NCBI GenBank assembly: GCA_951406725.2
Contig: OX597816.1
Span: forward strand, 178,684,001-178,748,000
Length of the DNA stretch: 64,000 bases
Reading direction: 5' to 3'
Source of the DNA: Octopus vulgaris
Lineage: Eukaryota
How positions within the stretch are numbered: the stretch's first letter is position 1; the number at the start of each line of letters is the position of its first letter. Positions 42,101 to 54,730 of this stretch are shown piece by piece. Made by a program: the position numbers and the translations under genes. The notes under the pieces are model-generated. The model was not told the DNA's origin and searched no databases. It saw only the letters and a program-made list of their open reading frames with translations.

Positions 42101-42500
42101 ACACACATACACACATACACACATACACGCATACACACACACATACACACATACACACACACATACACACATACATACATACATACATACATACATACAC
42201 ACACACATACATACATACATACATACACACATACACACACACACATACACACATACACACATACACATACACACATACACACACACACATACACACACAC
42301 ACACATACACACATACACACACACATACACACACACATACACACATACACACATACACGCATACACGCATACACACATACACACACACACATACACACAT
42401 ACATACATACATACATACACACATACATACATACATACATACACACACACACATACATACATACATACACACATACACACACGCACATACACACATACAC

Positions 42501-42567
<67 letters not shown>

Positions 42568-42611
42568 TACATACATACATACATACATACACACATACAT
42601 ACATACATACA
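38603..42611. repeat. ~4-kb compound (TACA)n/(CA)n microsatellite
   Basis: Direct reading. Variant units include TACG, TGCA, TAA and CGAA. Confidence 0.97.
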
Positions 42612-43046
42612 CCTTCCGTTTCACACTGCTTTTGTTTATACGTTCACTTTCGCACGTTTTAGTTTGGGTCAAAATATTAAGAAATAGTTCCTTTACGTCG
42701 ATCCTTTTGGGAATGCCGCTTCCTCATTTCGTTGTTTCCGTTTGGGTTTTATATTTTTCTGTGCCAAATTAGCTCCCACGCTAATTTTGTTATTTATTTA
42801 TTTTGTTGCATATTTTATGAAAGTTTCAAATGTTAACCGAAGCATTACGATCCCTGGAATGAAAATTAGGAAATTTAATCAACTTCAAAATGGGAAAGGC
42901 TCGTTAGAAACTCGTTTAACACAACAGTAACAACTGTTAGAATAACTAAAAGAAACGAACGAAATAAAATCAGAACCAGTGTAATTGCAGCTCTTTCAGG
43001 AAGTTAAACACATATCGTAGATGCGAACTAATTATGGAAACACTAT

Positions 43047-43256
43047 GGCGGCTAGCTAGCAGAATGGTCAGCTCGCTGGGCGAAATACTTACTGGCATTT
43101 CGTCTGTGTTCGTGTTCTGAGTCCAAATTCCGCTGATGTCGACTTTGCCTTCCATTCTTTCGGAGCCGATAAATTAAGTGTCAGTTGAGTACTAGGGTCG
43201 ATGTAAACAACGTACCCCTTTCCGAAGTTGCTGGCCTTGTGTCAAAATTTGAAACT
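43047..43256 (+). mobile_element. SINE family B
   Basis: GGCGGCTAGCTAGCAGAA head; GTCGACTTTGCCTTCCATTCTTTCGG core; CAAAATTTGAAAC tail. Confidence 0.8.
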
Positions 43257-44982
43257 AATGTTATGAAACACTAGAAAAGGCTCTGTTATTTCAGATAGAA
43301 GATAAAACCCCTAAAAGATTGCCTATATGACTGTATTTTGTATGTTGTCTTCTGGAATGCGTTTTCTAGATGTATTTATTATCATTTTGTTGAATCTATG
43401 TCCTTCAACGTTTTTGCTGTTGACTGTTGATGATTCTCTTTCTGACTTCTTTTTTATTGTTATGATATTAATTGGTGGGTGGCAATGTCTAGGGAAGGGT
43501 TGTTGTAGGTGGTTTGGAGAATTAGAGTTGGCGATGATTTTTTTAAGATTTGAATTTAATTGTGATGCTATTATGTTACGTTTGCGTTATGGTTAATATT
43601 TGAGAACAAAGGCATTGAACTCTTTCTGAATGACAGTATTTGAGAATTAAAGTGTTGTATTTGGTTTGCGCAATATGGCAGGACAATTTGTGAGGCAGTG
43701 GTTGTATATACATATTATTATACCATGGATTTTGTATAGTTGATTTCTATTTTAGAAACCAACATTTCTGTTACAGTCATCTTCTATAAGTTTGCGAATG
43801 CAAGATTCTAAAACTTGTATTATGAGGTCTCCACAGTTGTGATAGGATCCGCCTAATCTGATCTGAATATAATAAGGGATGCACAGTGCTCTGTGTTGAG
43901 GTACTAAAAATGTTGCCTGAAATATTGATACGTGAATGTCGTGAAAGTCATGAACCAAAGATAAAATCTTTTAGTTTATAAAAATGTCTGTTTGACCCGA
44001 AATATTTTAGTGTAGTTTTATGAACAAAAAAAAAAACAAGAACGATTAAGTTTTACAACTGTCGAAAGGTGTTTTGGTGTCTGTGTGTAATGAATAACAA
44101 CACCTCGCTGAAGACAGAATTTTATTTTATCGCACAAATGATTTTCAAGTTAGTCATGATTTAGAAATTTCCGCAACAAGATCTACATGCTGGAAAGAAC
44201 AATTCTGTAGCTTTTACAAATTGTTGATTAAAAAGGCTCTGGTAATTAAGCTGCCAAGGCAGTTGGATCCATATCGGTCAAATATCAAGGTTGAGTAAGA
44301 GTCTGATAACAATTATAAAAAACATCAAGAGAGTATGTGGTGTTGAGTTTCAGGCTGCCACACTCTAAAGTAAGAGATGAGATATGCGTGGAATGGATCG
44401 GCCTGACGACAGTGGAAACGCATTACCACCCAAACATCCTCGACACTCTTTGAAGTTGGCGCTAAAAATATGCTTATTTATAAGGCTTGATAGGTAAGTT
44501 CTACAGTTTTCTAGAAAGATCTATCACGTGATACCTGACTGCTGATTGGTTAATAACTCGGCGGATCACATGAAAACGCTATGACTAGACCATGATTTTA
44601 AGTTAGCAATTCGTCGATTCGGTTTCGAATCTTGATACACAATATTGTTTTTGGGGTTTTTTTTTTGTAATTGTATTATAATGAACCAGCAGCTTTGCAA
44701 AAGTTTTTTTTGTTATTGTTTCTGAAACGTGTGAAGTTTTTGTATATTTATATTTCTGTATATTCGTAAGCAACTTTATAGAGGTGTTAGAGCTCGTTTC
44801 GGGCAGAGTAGCGTGTCTCTCTAGTGATGTTCATACATGTTAGAAGAAATAATTGTGTGTCCAATTTGACCAATTTGTTTTCTTTTCTGGCATATTATTT
44901 TTAGTATTATTTTATTTAACCATTTTAAAGGCGACAGGATGTTAGTTAAATATTTTGATGCCTGTTATAATAGATGGAACGG

Positions 44983-45198
44983 AGGCGGCGGGCAAGCAGA
45001 ACCGGCGGCACACTGGGCTAAATGCTTAGCGGCGGTATTTCGCCCGCCGCTACATTCTGAGTTAAAATTTCGCCGAGGTTGACTTTGCCTTTCATCCTTT
45101 CAGGGTCGATAAATTAAGTACGAGAGAGACACAGGGGTCGATGTAATCGACTCATCCCCTCCCCCAAAATGGCTGCCCTTGTCACAAAATTTGAAACC
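44983..45198 (+). mobile_element. SINE family B
   Basis: GTTGACTTTGCCTTTCATCCTTTCAGGGTCGATAAATTAAGTAC core; CAAAATTTGAAACC tail. Confidence 0.82.
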
Positions 45199-46096
45199 AT
45201 TATAATAGGTCGAACAAGCATGTAGTAAGTTCTTCACTACCTCCCCAAGATTACTACTGTTAGATGATATTGTTGATGTTTCAGTCCATATCAGTCGTGA
45301 TAAGGAAATATTAGATTAAAGATATCTTACATTTGACTATCCCTTCTGATTACAGGTATGTAGCAGCTCGTTATCGTATGTGTCCTCTACATGAGACGGT
45401 AAGCTATGATTCAGCTGGTGTTTCTAGCAAGTCGGGCGACCGCGGAAAGGCCACGTCATTGACATGTGGTTGTTAATAATGACGACGACGATGACGACGG
45501 CGACGATGATGATGATGACGACGACGACGACGATGTGTAGGCTTAGTCCAGGGGTCACCAATCTTTTTTCATATAGGGCCAGATATAGCTAAAAGAATGC
45601 CAAGCGTGGGTCGGATAAATATTTTGTTCAATTCAGTACAATATAGAATACACTGAATGTACACATCCTATTTATTTATCAATACGTAAAATACACAAAA
45701 TAATAAAAACAATAAACATATTTTAATAATACCAAAATATTAATAAGTTAGAATTTTTAGAAACAGTGCGCACATAGCTGAATTGCATATAAAGTGAACA
45801 GCACAAAAGCTAATGAGATTTGTGAAATTAGCGTTTTGCTTCCAAAATATCTATATATATATAAATGAGAATGTCTGTCTGTCTGTCTGTGTGAATCCCT
45901 AAAACTTGAGAACTACACAACCAATTTCATTCAAATTTTACACATGTCTTACTTAGGGTCCATGTAGTGTCATGGGCAAAATAAAGTATAACTTCTTGCC
46001 TAGGGCGAGCCCAAGGCAATATCATATCTTCTCTACTATTTCAGTATTACGTGTTAAAAGTGAAACAAAAACATCTCTCTATTGTATGTATATGGA

Positions 46097-46143
<47 letters not shown>

Positions 46144-46307
46144 CCATATACATACAATAGAGAGACGTTTTTGTTTCACTTTTAACACGTAATACTGAAA
46201 TAGTAGAGAATATATATACATAAATATATACACAAAAACTCAGCAAAATGCCAAAGCGTAAAAAGTAAGCAAGACAAATGAAAATATACGAAATAAAAAA
46301 CGATTAC

Positions 46308-46381
46308 CTATGTACCGATCAGTTTCACTTGTTAATATTCACGTATATAACACGCGAACATCTGCAAGATCATCAGCATAG
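46308..46381 (-). ncRNA. Type I hammerhead ribozyme, canonical core
   Basis: CTATG-CTGATGA-TCTTG...CAAGT-GAAA-CTGATCGG-TA-CATAG: perfect stem I, extended stem II, near-palindromic stem III, GUA site. Confidence 0.82.
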
Positions 46382-46409
46382 TCTGGAAATCATGTCTTTA
46401 AACGACAGA

Positions 46410-46484
46410 CTATACTGATGATCTTGCAGATATTCGCGTGTGTATATACGTGAATATTAACAAGTGAAACTAATTAGTACATAG
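46410..46484 (+). ncRNA. Type I hammerhead ribozyme, canonical core (inverted partner)
   Basis: CTATA-CTGATGA-TCTTG...CAAGT-GAAA-CTAATTAG-TA-CATAG: perfectly palindromic stem III, one mismatch at the base of stem I. Confidence 0.78.
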
Positions 46485-46928
46485 GTAATCGTTTTTTACT
46501 TCGTATATTTTCATTTGTCTTGCTTACTTTTTACGCTTTGGTTTTTTGCTGAGTTTTTTCTTGAGAACACATTCTTCGTGGAATATAGCGATTTTGACGT
46601 CTATATCTAGCATATAGACTGTCCACTTTTAGTGGTCAGTCCTTTAAATTTTGTATGTAAAAAATATTTTTAATCTTCGGATTTTTAAAAAAAATATGCT
46701 AGGCCACTGGTTTTAATTGATTAATATCAATTTCTACCCCTATTTAATTATATATATATAGACATGTATATATATGGATGTATATATATATATATATACA
46801 TGTATAGATATAGCTGTATATGTATAGATGTATTTCTATAGATATACATGTATGTGTATACATGTATGTCTAGATGTATATATATATAGATGTACACGTA
46901 ATATGTACACACACACACACACACACAT

Positions 46929-46971
<43 letters not shown>

Positions 46972-47031
46972 CATGCATACATATATACACCCATACACAC
47001 ATACACACACAAGCCCCCACACACATACATA

Positions 47032-47358
47032 GGTGCAGGTGTGACTGTGTGGTAACAAACTTCGTTCCAAAACACATGGTCCTCAGTTCAGTCCCACTGT
47101 GTGGTAACTTGGCATGTGTCTTCTGCTATAGCCTCAGACCAACCAAAGCCTTGTCAGTGGATTTTGTAGACAGAAACTGAAAGAAATCAATTGTATGTAT
47201 ATGTATGTCTATATGTAAGTCTATGTGTGTGTTTTTGTGCTTCTCCCTCATCACTGCTTCTCCCTCATCACTGCTTCACAACTGGTGTTCGTTTCTTTAC
47301 ATCCCTATAATTTACTGGTTACGCAAGAAGAAACTGATAGAATAAGTACCAGGCTTAT
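47032..47358 (+). mobile_element. SINE family A, old degenerate copy
   Basis: GTGACTGTGTGGTAA, AGTTCAGTCCCACTG, GAAACTGAAAGAA and GATAGAATAAGTACCAGGCTT. Confidence 0.8.
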
Positions 47359-47441
47359 CAAAATATCAAAAAGCACTACGCAGTGTCTTATATTTTTGTT
47401 TGCCCACTCAGTTGTATCTATCAATTTATCTATGTGTGTGC

Positions 47442-47501
<60 letters not shown>

Positions 47502-47569
47502 ATTTCGTAGACAGGAACTGAAACAAATCCATCGTATATATATATGCATGTATATATGTAAGTGTATGT

Positions 47570-48997
47570 GTTTTGGTATTGGCAACATGAATGACAATGG
47601 TCAGAGACTACTTGAATTTTGCACATACCATAACTTGTGCATCACCAACACATTCTTTACCAACAAGACATACCACAAGGCATCTTGGAGACATCCAAGA
47701 TCTCACCACTGCCATCAGCTGGATCTCATCATTACACGAAGATCCTTTCTGAATTCTGTTCAACTGACCCATAGTTACCACAGCGCGGATTGACACAGAT
47801 CATTCACTAATAAGAAGCAGGGTGAGGATTCTGCCTAAAAAAGTCCATCACTTCAAGAAAATGGGCTGACCACGTATTAACACTGCCAGAACCTCGGACT
47901 CTACACTGCGACAATGTTTTGCTGTTTCTATCAAGGTTGCCCACAGTAGTTGCCCAACCTCCTCTGCTGAAAGTAGGTGGAATTATATCAGGGAAGCTTT
48001 GTATACCACATCAATAGATACTTTCGGCATGAGAGAAAGGCAAAACCCAGATTGGTTCAGTGCTGGGCTCTCAGAGCTGGAAACAGTTATCGAAGCAAAG
48101 CGTGCAGCTCTGATGCAATACAAGAGTGATTCTTCTACAAAGTCACTCGAAGAACTCAGAAAGGCAAGAAGTAAAACCCAACTGACTACCAGACGCTGTG
48201 CAAATAGGTATTGGCAGGAAATCTGTCAGAGTATCCAGCCAGCTGCTGACAGTGCGACACCCGTGGGATGTATGCCGGTTTGAAGAAGGCCCTCGGTTCA
48301 TCCGCAACTAAGTCAGCCCCTCTGAAATCAACTACTGGAAATCTCATCAAGGACCAAAGCAAGCAAATGGATAGATGGGTGGAGTACCACCAGGATCTCT
48401 ACTCACGGGAGACCAGTATAGCTGAGGCTGCAATCGAGAGTGTCAAGATCTTGCCAGTCATGTGCGAACTTGACAGTCTGCCATCTATAGCAGATCTCAT
48501 CAAGTCTATTGACTCCCTAGCAAGTGACAAGGCTCCGGGAAAAGACGGCATCCCCTCAGAGATCATCAAAACCGGCAAAAACACCATCCTGCTTCGGCAC
48601 CTTTATGAGCTTCTGTGTCAGTGCTGGGAAGAGGGTACAGTCCCTCAGGATATGCGGGATGCTAACATCATTACGCTTTACAAAAACAAAGGTGACCGTG
48701 GTGATTGTAACAATTACCGTGGAATATCTCTTCTAAGCACTGCTGGAAAGACCTTTGCTCGCATTATCCTGTCCAGGCTACAACTGCTTGCTTCTCGAAT
48801 TTATCCATAATCGCAGTGTGGCTTTAGAAGAAGCAGATCAACTATTGACATGATATTCTCCATACGCCAACTTCAGGAGAAGTCCAGAGAGCAGAAAATG
48901 CCATTATATATGGCCTTCGTTGATCTGACAAAGGCCTTTGACTTGCTAAGTAGAAAAGGACTCTTCATCCTGCTCCAAAAAATCGGAAGTCCACCAT
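47570..48997 (+). mobile_element. RTE-clade LINE internal fragment (APE C-terminus to RT N-terminal half)
   Basis: NDNGQRLLEFC...SWRHPRSHHCHQLDLI...TDH; KAPGKDGIP; LYKNKGDRGDCNNYRGISLLS; QCGFRRSRSTIDMIFSIRQLQEK; FVDLTKAFD. Contains stops and frameshifts. Confidence 0.93.
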
Positions 48998-49148
48998 TTT
49001 TTTAGGGTATGTAAAGAGGGAAATAACCCTCACCTGCAATTTTGATGAAATTCAAAACATAGATATTCCAGTTCATTACAGAAAATATAACGGAAAAGTC
49101 TAATTCTTCAATTGAATGTAACCGAGTAAAGCCGGGTATGTCTTCTAG

Positions 49149-50987
49149 TCATCAATATTTGCTTTATGATTGTTGCAGCCAACCATAAGAATTGCTTTCA
49201 AATGTTCATCAGTGAGCCTTGTTCAATGTATTGACTTCACACACTTCATTTTTGAAAAAGTTTGCTCACAAACATAAGTTGTTCCAAAAAATTTGAAAAC
49301 TCATCAACAAGCAAGCAGTGATAAAATTCAATGAGTTTTCCTTCTCTGGGCTTCTCTTTCAACAAGGTATTAGCTTGCAAGTCAATAAGCTCCAGTTGTA
49401 GTTCAGTTGGCATGTTATCAAGATTACAGCCAAAAGGATTCTCAAACAAAAGAATTTCATTCTCATTTCTATCAAGATCTGAAAGTCTTTGAGAAAATTG
49501 CTTATTTAAGTTCCAAATAATTTCTTTCTGAAACTCGAGGTTAACATGTTCCACATTTTCTGTGCAAAACTCTTGAAAACACTGAAAATGAGGGAAGTTT
49601 CCTCCTTCAAGTTGTGCTTCAAACAATGATAGCTTTCTCCGAAATGCTGGTTTTATTCTGTAGAGATCACAGACAAGTTTATTCTTTCCTTGCAGTTTTA
49701 AATTCCATTCATTCATATGAGAAGTGACGTCAACTAAAAATGACAACTTTGATAACCATGAATGATCTGACAGCTGTGGATCAGCTCTATTCTTTCCGGT
49801 CAGATAAAGATCTATTTCTCTTCGGAGCATACGAAAACGAAACAGGATTTTACCACAATTGAGCCCATCTCACTTCTGTGTAGTAAGGTAAGTCACAGAA
49901 ATTAGAATCCATTTTTTTTATCAAGGAAAGCCTGGAACTGTCGGTGATTAAGCCCATGATTCCGAATCAAGTTCACCACAGTTGTAACCGGTTTTAGTAC
50001 GCAAAAAATATCTAAGTGTTTTCCACAGAAAGTTTGTTGATGTATAATGCAGTGTATAAACAGAGTTTTCGGAGGTTAAAGCTCCTCCAACTTGGTCTGG
50101 ATCCGCCCCACCAAACCCTTCCTCACTCCTGCCATGTTTTTTCCTCCATCGACTGTAACACACCGAAGCTGATTCCACTGAAGGTTGTAGTTTTGCAAAG
50201 TTTTCTGCACCTCCATGAAAATATCTTCTCCGGTTGTTGTTCCATGTATACTGCAATGGATGTCATTTCTCCTATAATCTCAAAGTTGCAATTGATACCA
50301 CGAAGGAACGCAAGAAGTTGTGACGTACTAGAGAGATCAATAGACTCATCCATCTCAAAAGAAGACCATAAAAATTTCTTAGCTTTCTCATGTATTCTCT
50401 TCACTGTATATTCTCTCCAAGTTCTATTCTCCACACAACTCAACTTGCTGAAAGACTGATACAGCCAAACATGTTAGCTTTTTCAGGACACAAGTCATTT
50501 GCTGCTTCCATCATGCACTCTTTTACAAAGTTTCCCTTAGTAAATGGTTTTCCTCGCTCTGTCAACTTATTCACTATTTTCTAACTTACACCAGCGATAA
50601 ATTCATTTTCAACAAACTTTTTCGTAAAGAAATTCCTTTGAGATTCCAAATTTCTTGGACCGCAACTTTCCAGAATATTTAGAATGTGTTGGGAGATATT
50701 TTGCTTCGTAGCGATGACGACGAATATTGTACTCTTTCATAACAGCAACACTTTCGTTGCATATCAGGCAACTAGCTTTCTGGTCGTTTGTTTCCACAAA
50801 GTCTTCTGGATCAGAGTTGATCAGGAGCAAAGTAGCAAAACGATCGCCGCCGCCGCCAACAACAACAACAACAAAAACAACCACCAAGATTATTTATTGA
50901 TCTTGAAACAGAGGTGAACCACTTTTCTCCCCATTCTTTATTGAAAATGCGACATTCATTATCAACCTTTCTCTTTTTAGTAGCCAT
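49149..50987 (-). pseudogene. hAT transposase pseudogene (last codons lie at ~45808-45849, beyond the Helitron)
   Basis: MATKKRKVDNECRIFNKEW, CLICNESVAVMKEYNIRRH, MDESIDLSSTSQL, HCIIHQ, WLSKLSFLVDVTSHMNEWNLKLQGK and LQLELIDLQ, with frameshifts. Confidence 0.92.
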
Positions 50988-51490
50988 AATGATGGGTGAA
51001 GAAAAAACAAAAGCAGTCTTAGGCCTCAGCGTCAGATAGTCTCGTTTTAATTGTAATCACTAATAACTGACTAGCCCGAGGCACACGTGATGTACTGTGG
51101 AATACATAGTGCGTGATGTGACTGACTCAGTATACATACGCCATGCATAGTCTTAGAAGTGTAAGAAGCAATATAAAAGCATGTTTATTTTTTTCAGCAT
51201 ACGACAGTGGGCCGGACAAATTGACGTCGCGGACCGGATCCGGCCCACGGGCCGTAGTTTGGTGACCCGTGGCTTAGTCGAACTAAAAACCATTAAAATC
51301 TCTACGAAAAGGTTTTCACAAAAGTAGAATCAAACAGTACTATTTACAAACACACATTTTCGAAACAACACCAACAACAGTGAAAAAGAAAAAAAGTACT
51401 GTCATCATTCCCTTCTGCACAAGTCACAGTCGCACATTTTAAGTTTAAACCATCATATTTGTTTTTAAGGCATTGTTCATCTGGATTACA

Positions 51491-51889
51491 TCTTTATATA
51501 GAAAAGTGAGGTTGTGTGTCTGTCTGTCTCCTACGATTTAGATTCCTAACTACTCCCACATTTTGCGGTGCAGTGTAACCAAAACCGGGTATCTTATAGT
51601 CGTGATTCATATCGAGCCCTTCTGGGTATTAGCGCGCGTCTACGATGAGTCTACGATTTTAAAAAGAAATTTACCACCTTTTTCCCATTTTTAATGCATT
51701 TTTTCGCTATTATATAAGGGAAGTAACTCTCTAAAATGTAATATTAAATCTCAGAACGTAAAAAGCTACAGTAACACCCCCCCCTTTGTGGTTAGCCATA
51801 TTGAGATGGCTATTATACTTTACATCTCTAAAAATGCTTATATAGTTATTTCCCTTACAAACCCGAGCAACGCCGGGCGATACTGCTAG
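51491..51889 (+). mobile_element. Non-autonomous Helitron, family H1
   Basis: A|TC...CCCGAGCAACGCCGGGCGATACTGCTAG|T. Matches 28908-29261. Confidence 0.9.
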
Positions 51890-52297
51890 TTATTTAATAC
51901 AATCCTGCTGAATATGAAAACAAATGCTTGAAATAACTGTTACAGTACAGTGAAATAGCATAAATAAAGCGACGGTTATATAGGGACAACCAAGGAACCC
52001 TACACATATCTACGAAGTGCAAACTACCTTCTCTCGGTTGAAGGTTCCTGTCTGCGGTCGCTTTTATGGGACTGATACTTTCTTCGTTATACTGAACTTA
52101 GTTTCGTATTTCAGTAAAATTTTGATGGCTGAAAGTTTGGTTCTCCTCCGTTCCAAGATCAATAAATAATCTTGGTGGTGGTTGTTTTTGTTGTTGTTGT
52201 TGGCGGCAGCGGCGTTTTGCTGTTTTGCTTCTGATATGATCAAAGGCTGTGATCCTAAGGTTTATTTTTATTTATTTATTTATTTATTTTGCAGATA

Positions 52298-52693
52298 GGC
52301 GCAGGAGTGGCTGTGTGGTAAGTAGCTTGCTAACCAACCACATGGTTCCGGGTTCAGTCCCACTGCATGGCATCTTGGGCAAGTGTCTTCTGCTATAGCC
52401 CCGGGCCGACCAATGCCTTGTGAGTGGATTTGGTAGACGGAAACTGAAAGAAGCCTGTCGTATATATGTATACATATATGTATGTGTATGTATATGTTTG
52501 TGTGTCTGTGTTTGTCCCCCTAGCATTGCTTGACAACCGATGCTGGTGTGTTTACGTCCCCGTCACTTAGCGGTTCGGCAAAAGAGACCGATAGAATAAG
52601 TACTGGGCTTACAAAAGCTCGATTAAAGGCGGTGCTCCAGCATGGCCGCAGTCAAATGACTGAAACTAGTAAAAGAGAAAAAGAGTAAAAGAG
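52298..52693 (+). mobile_element. SINE family A, full length with a small internal deletion
   Basis: Near-identical to 2597-3010. Confidence 0.92.
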
Positions 52694-53011
52694 TGTATTT
52701 GTGACTACATTATCCAATTTGTCCTTCTTTTATTAAGAAGATAGGATTTGATTTTAGAAAGATTTGGTTGCTATTTCTAGATCGAGCGACCGAGCAGAGG
52801 CTCCAAATAAATAAGTACCAGTAATATATCAAGTGAACTCAAAAGAATATACAATCTCGCTGCTAGCTTTGACCTTGAACCTAATCAAAAGAATGTCTTT
52901 TGCATTTGTCATTCGTCATCGTTGAGGAAGAAGGATTTCAAGCATTGTCAAGTTTTTTCTGTACCCCATTTTCACCCTCACCTGTTTTAACAAAGAAGCT
53001 GTGAATAATAG

Positions 53012-53107
<96 letters not shown>

Positions 53108-53189
53108 GCATCTAAAAATTGAACAGATGAAGTATTGATTTTCTAAAGTGCCATAGTTATTTCAGTTATTATTAGATAAAGAAAAGACA

Positions 53190-54140
53190 GAGACAGGGAA
53201 CGTGTCAGGTGCATACAGCCCTCTACTAGTCGGGCAATGGGATCGGTGGATGTTCCGCTTTAGAAATTTATGGCAGAGAGGTGCGACGACATTCTCGGGG
53301 AAACTCTAGGCATCGACGAAAACGAAGTGGCTAGTCTGCTCCGGAGGACTTTCCGGTCGGGAGCTATCATGGATAATTTCCAGATGTGCTTGGCCTAGCA
53401 GTGCTACGGGGAAGGGGAGCGCTGCCGGTTCGAGATAAACTCTACAGGTACGGATGTGCTGTCAGACGGACTTGTCCAAGGTCCGCACAGAGTGACGAAA
53501 CCGTTCTGCACGCACTCGTTCAGTGTCCGAGCATTGCTGTCACAAGTGGGACGGATCAGTCTATCGGCCGAGTCTGTAGTGATGATTTCCGCGCCGCCCT
53601 CCTTCAATCGGGCAGGCAAGGCGGGTTTCCTTTGCTTGGGGCTGTGGCGAAAGAGTTTGTTTGGTGGACAAGGCTGAAAGGCATGAGGACAGATACACTC
53701 CTCTTTGGTAGACCCCTCATTGACTTCTTCAAGTTTTACTTGTAAAGGAAATTGAGAGTGCGGAGGGAAGTGCTGTACTCAAGTGAGTTTATTGGAAGAT
53801 AGGTAAAAGTGGATGGTACCTCACTAAGTGTAGACCTGTGAGTCGGAGAGAAGGAACTGAAGAGGGCACTTGCTCTCGGTATTCAGGGAATGTTTTGGCA
53901 GTGGAGTTCCTCGATTATTCCTACAGGTCCTCCTGTACCAGGAGGGCTACATCTCTATCATCCTCCTCACCTCCATTTTTTTAAAACCTTTCTATGCCAC
54001 GCATATGTCCCTTCTTTTTCAGTATATACCGAGTATACTGACCACTTTTTTTTATCATTTCATTATATCTAAAACCCACACTTTATGTCTGTCTTTGTAT
54101 TGGCCCCCTCGTCCTTCGTCCTTCGTCGCAAATTAAATGA
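53190..54140 (+). mobile_element. L1/Tx1-like LINE 3' end (C-terminal zinc-knuckle remnant plus 3' UTR)
   Basis: RGALPVRDKLYRYG...TCPRSAQSDETVLHALVQCP resembles the zf-RVT C-terminus. Ends AATTAAA near (TTA)n. Confidence 0.75.
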
Positions 54141-54155
54141 AATTATCATTATTAT

Positions 54156-54614
54156 TATTGAGTGAGAGAGCAGTGCATGCCATCAAAGTAACACTGGGTT
54201 AAATATACGAAGCCCAATATACCCATCATGACTACCCTGATAAGGGTACACCAGGCACATGTATCATAACCATATGTGCGCGACATGGTGATCTCATATC
54301 AAGATAAACAACACATGACCTTGTAGGTGGGGCCCAGTTAGAATTTTCTTCTGGTCAAGTAACCCATCCTGCTCAAAAGGTCCCTGAATGAGGGTTGTTT
54401 AAGGATGTTGAACGAAACACCTATGTTTTCAAAGGTGAATTATTCAAACCCCAAAGAATCCCTCTCAACACATGGCCATGATGCTCCCCCACTACTTCTG
54501 CTCGTGATCAGAGATGCACATATCGTCAGCTACTAAGGGACATGCTCAACTAGTTAAGGTCAAATAACTGACAAGCAAATCTGTGGTATTGAGCAGAATA
54601 TTTGCTGTAGCCCA
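54156..54614. repeat. ~460-bp interspersed repeat between (TTA)n tracts, class not determined
   Basis: Higher-complexity block with sharp microsatellite borders and no ORF. Single copy here, so repeat status is inferred. Confidence 0.45.
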
Positions 54615-54623
54615 TTATTATTA

Positions 54624-54669
<46 letters not shown>

Positions 54670-54697
54670 TATTATTATTATTGTTATTGTTGTTGTT

Positions 54698-54730
<33 letters not shown>

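Larger units (their letters stand above)
46234..46558. mobile_element. Palindromic element with two outward-reading hammerhead ribozymes
   Basis: ~150-bp inverted arms (46234-46385 and 46406-46558) around a 20-nt spacer. Confidence 0.85.
45850..49148 (+). mobile_element. Non-autonomous Helitron inserted at A|T in the hAT transposase
   Basis: A|TCTATAT start followed by (GTCT)n; CCGAGTAAAGCCGGG hairpin and CTAG|T end. Removing it restores hAT HKANIDDILEAKR. Confidence 0.85.
45549..51271 (-). mobile_element. hAT transposon (SPIN/Buster/GTF2IRD2-like), decayed, with nested insertions
   Basis: TIRs CAGGGGTCACCAA / TTGGTGACCCGTG. Perfect 8-bp TSD GCTTAGTC at 45541-45548 and 51272-51279. Confidence 0.95.

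Noticed and set aside
38545-42772. Very long ORFs (up to 1375 aa) of YVCM/HTYI repeats
   Set aside because: Translations of (TACA)n/(CA)n, which lack stops in most frames. Open on both strands with no domain content.
43300-44460. Possible additional PLE coding remnants
   Set aside because: Only faint motif resemblance (e.g. HIGQISR); too degenerate to call by eye.
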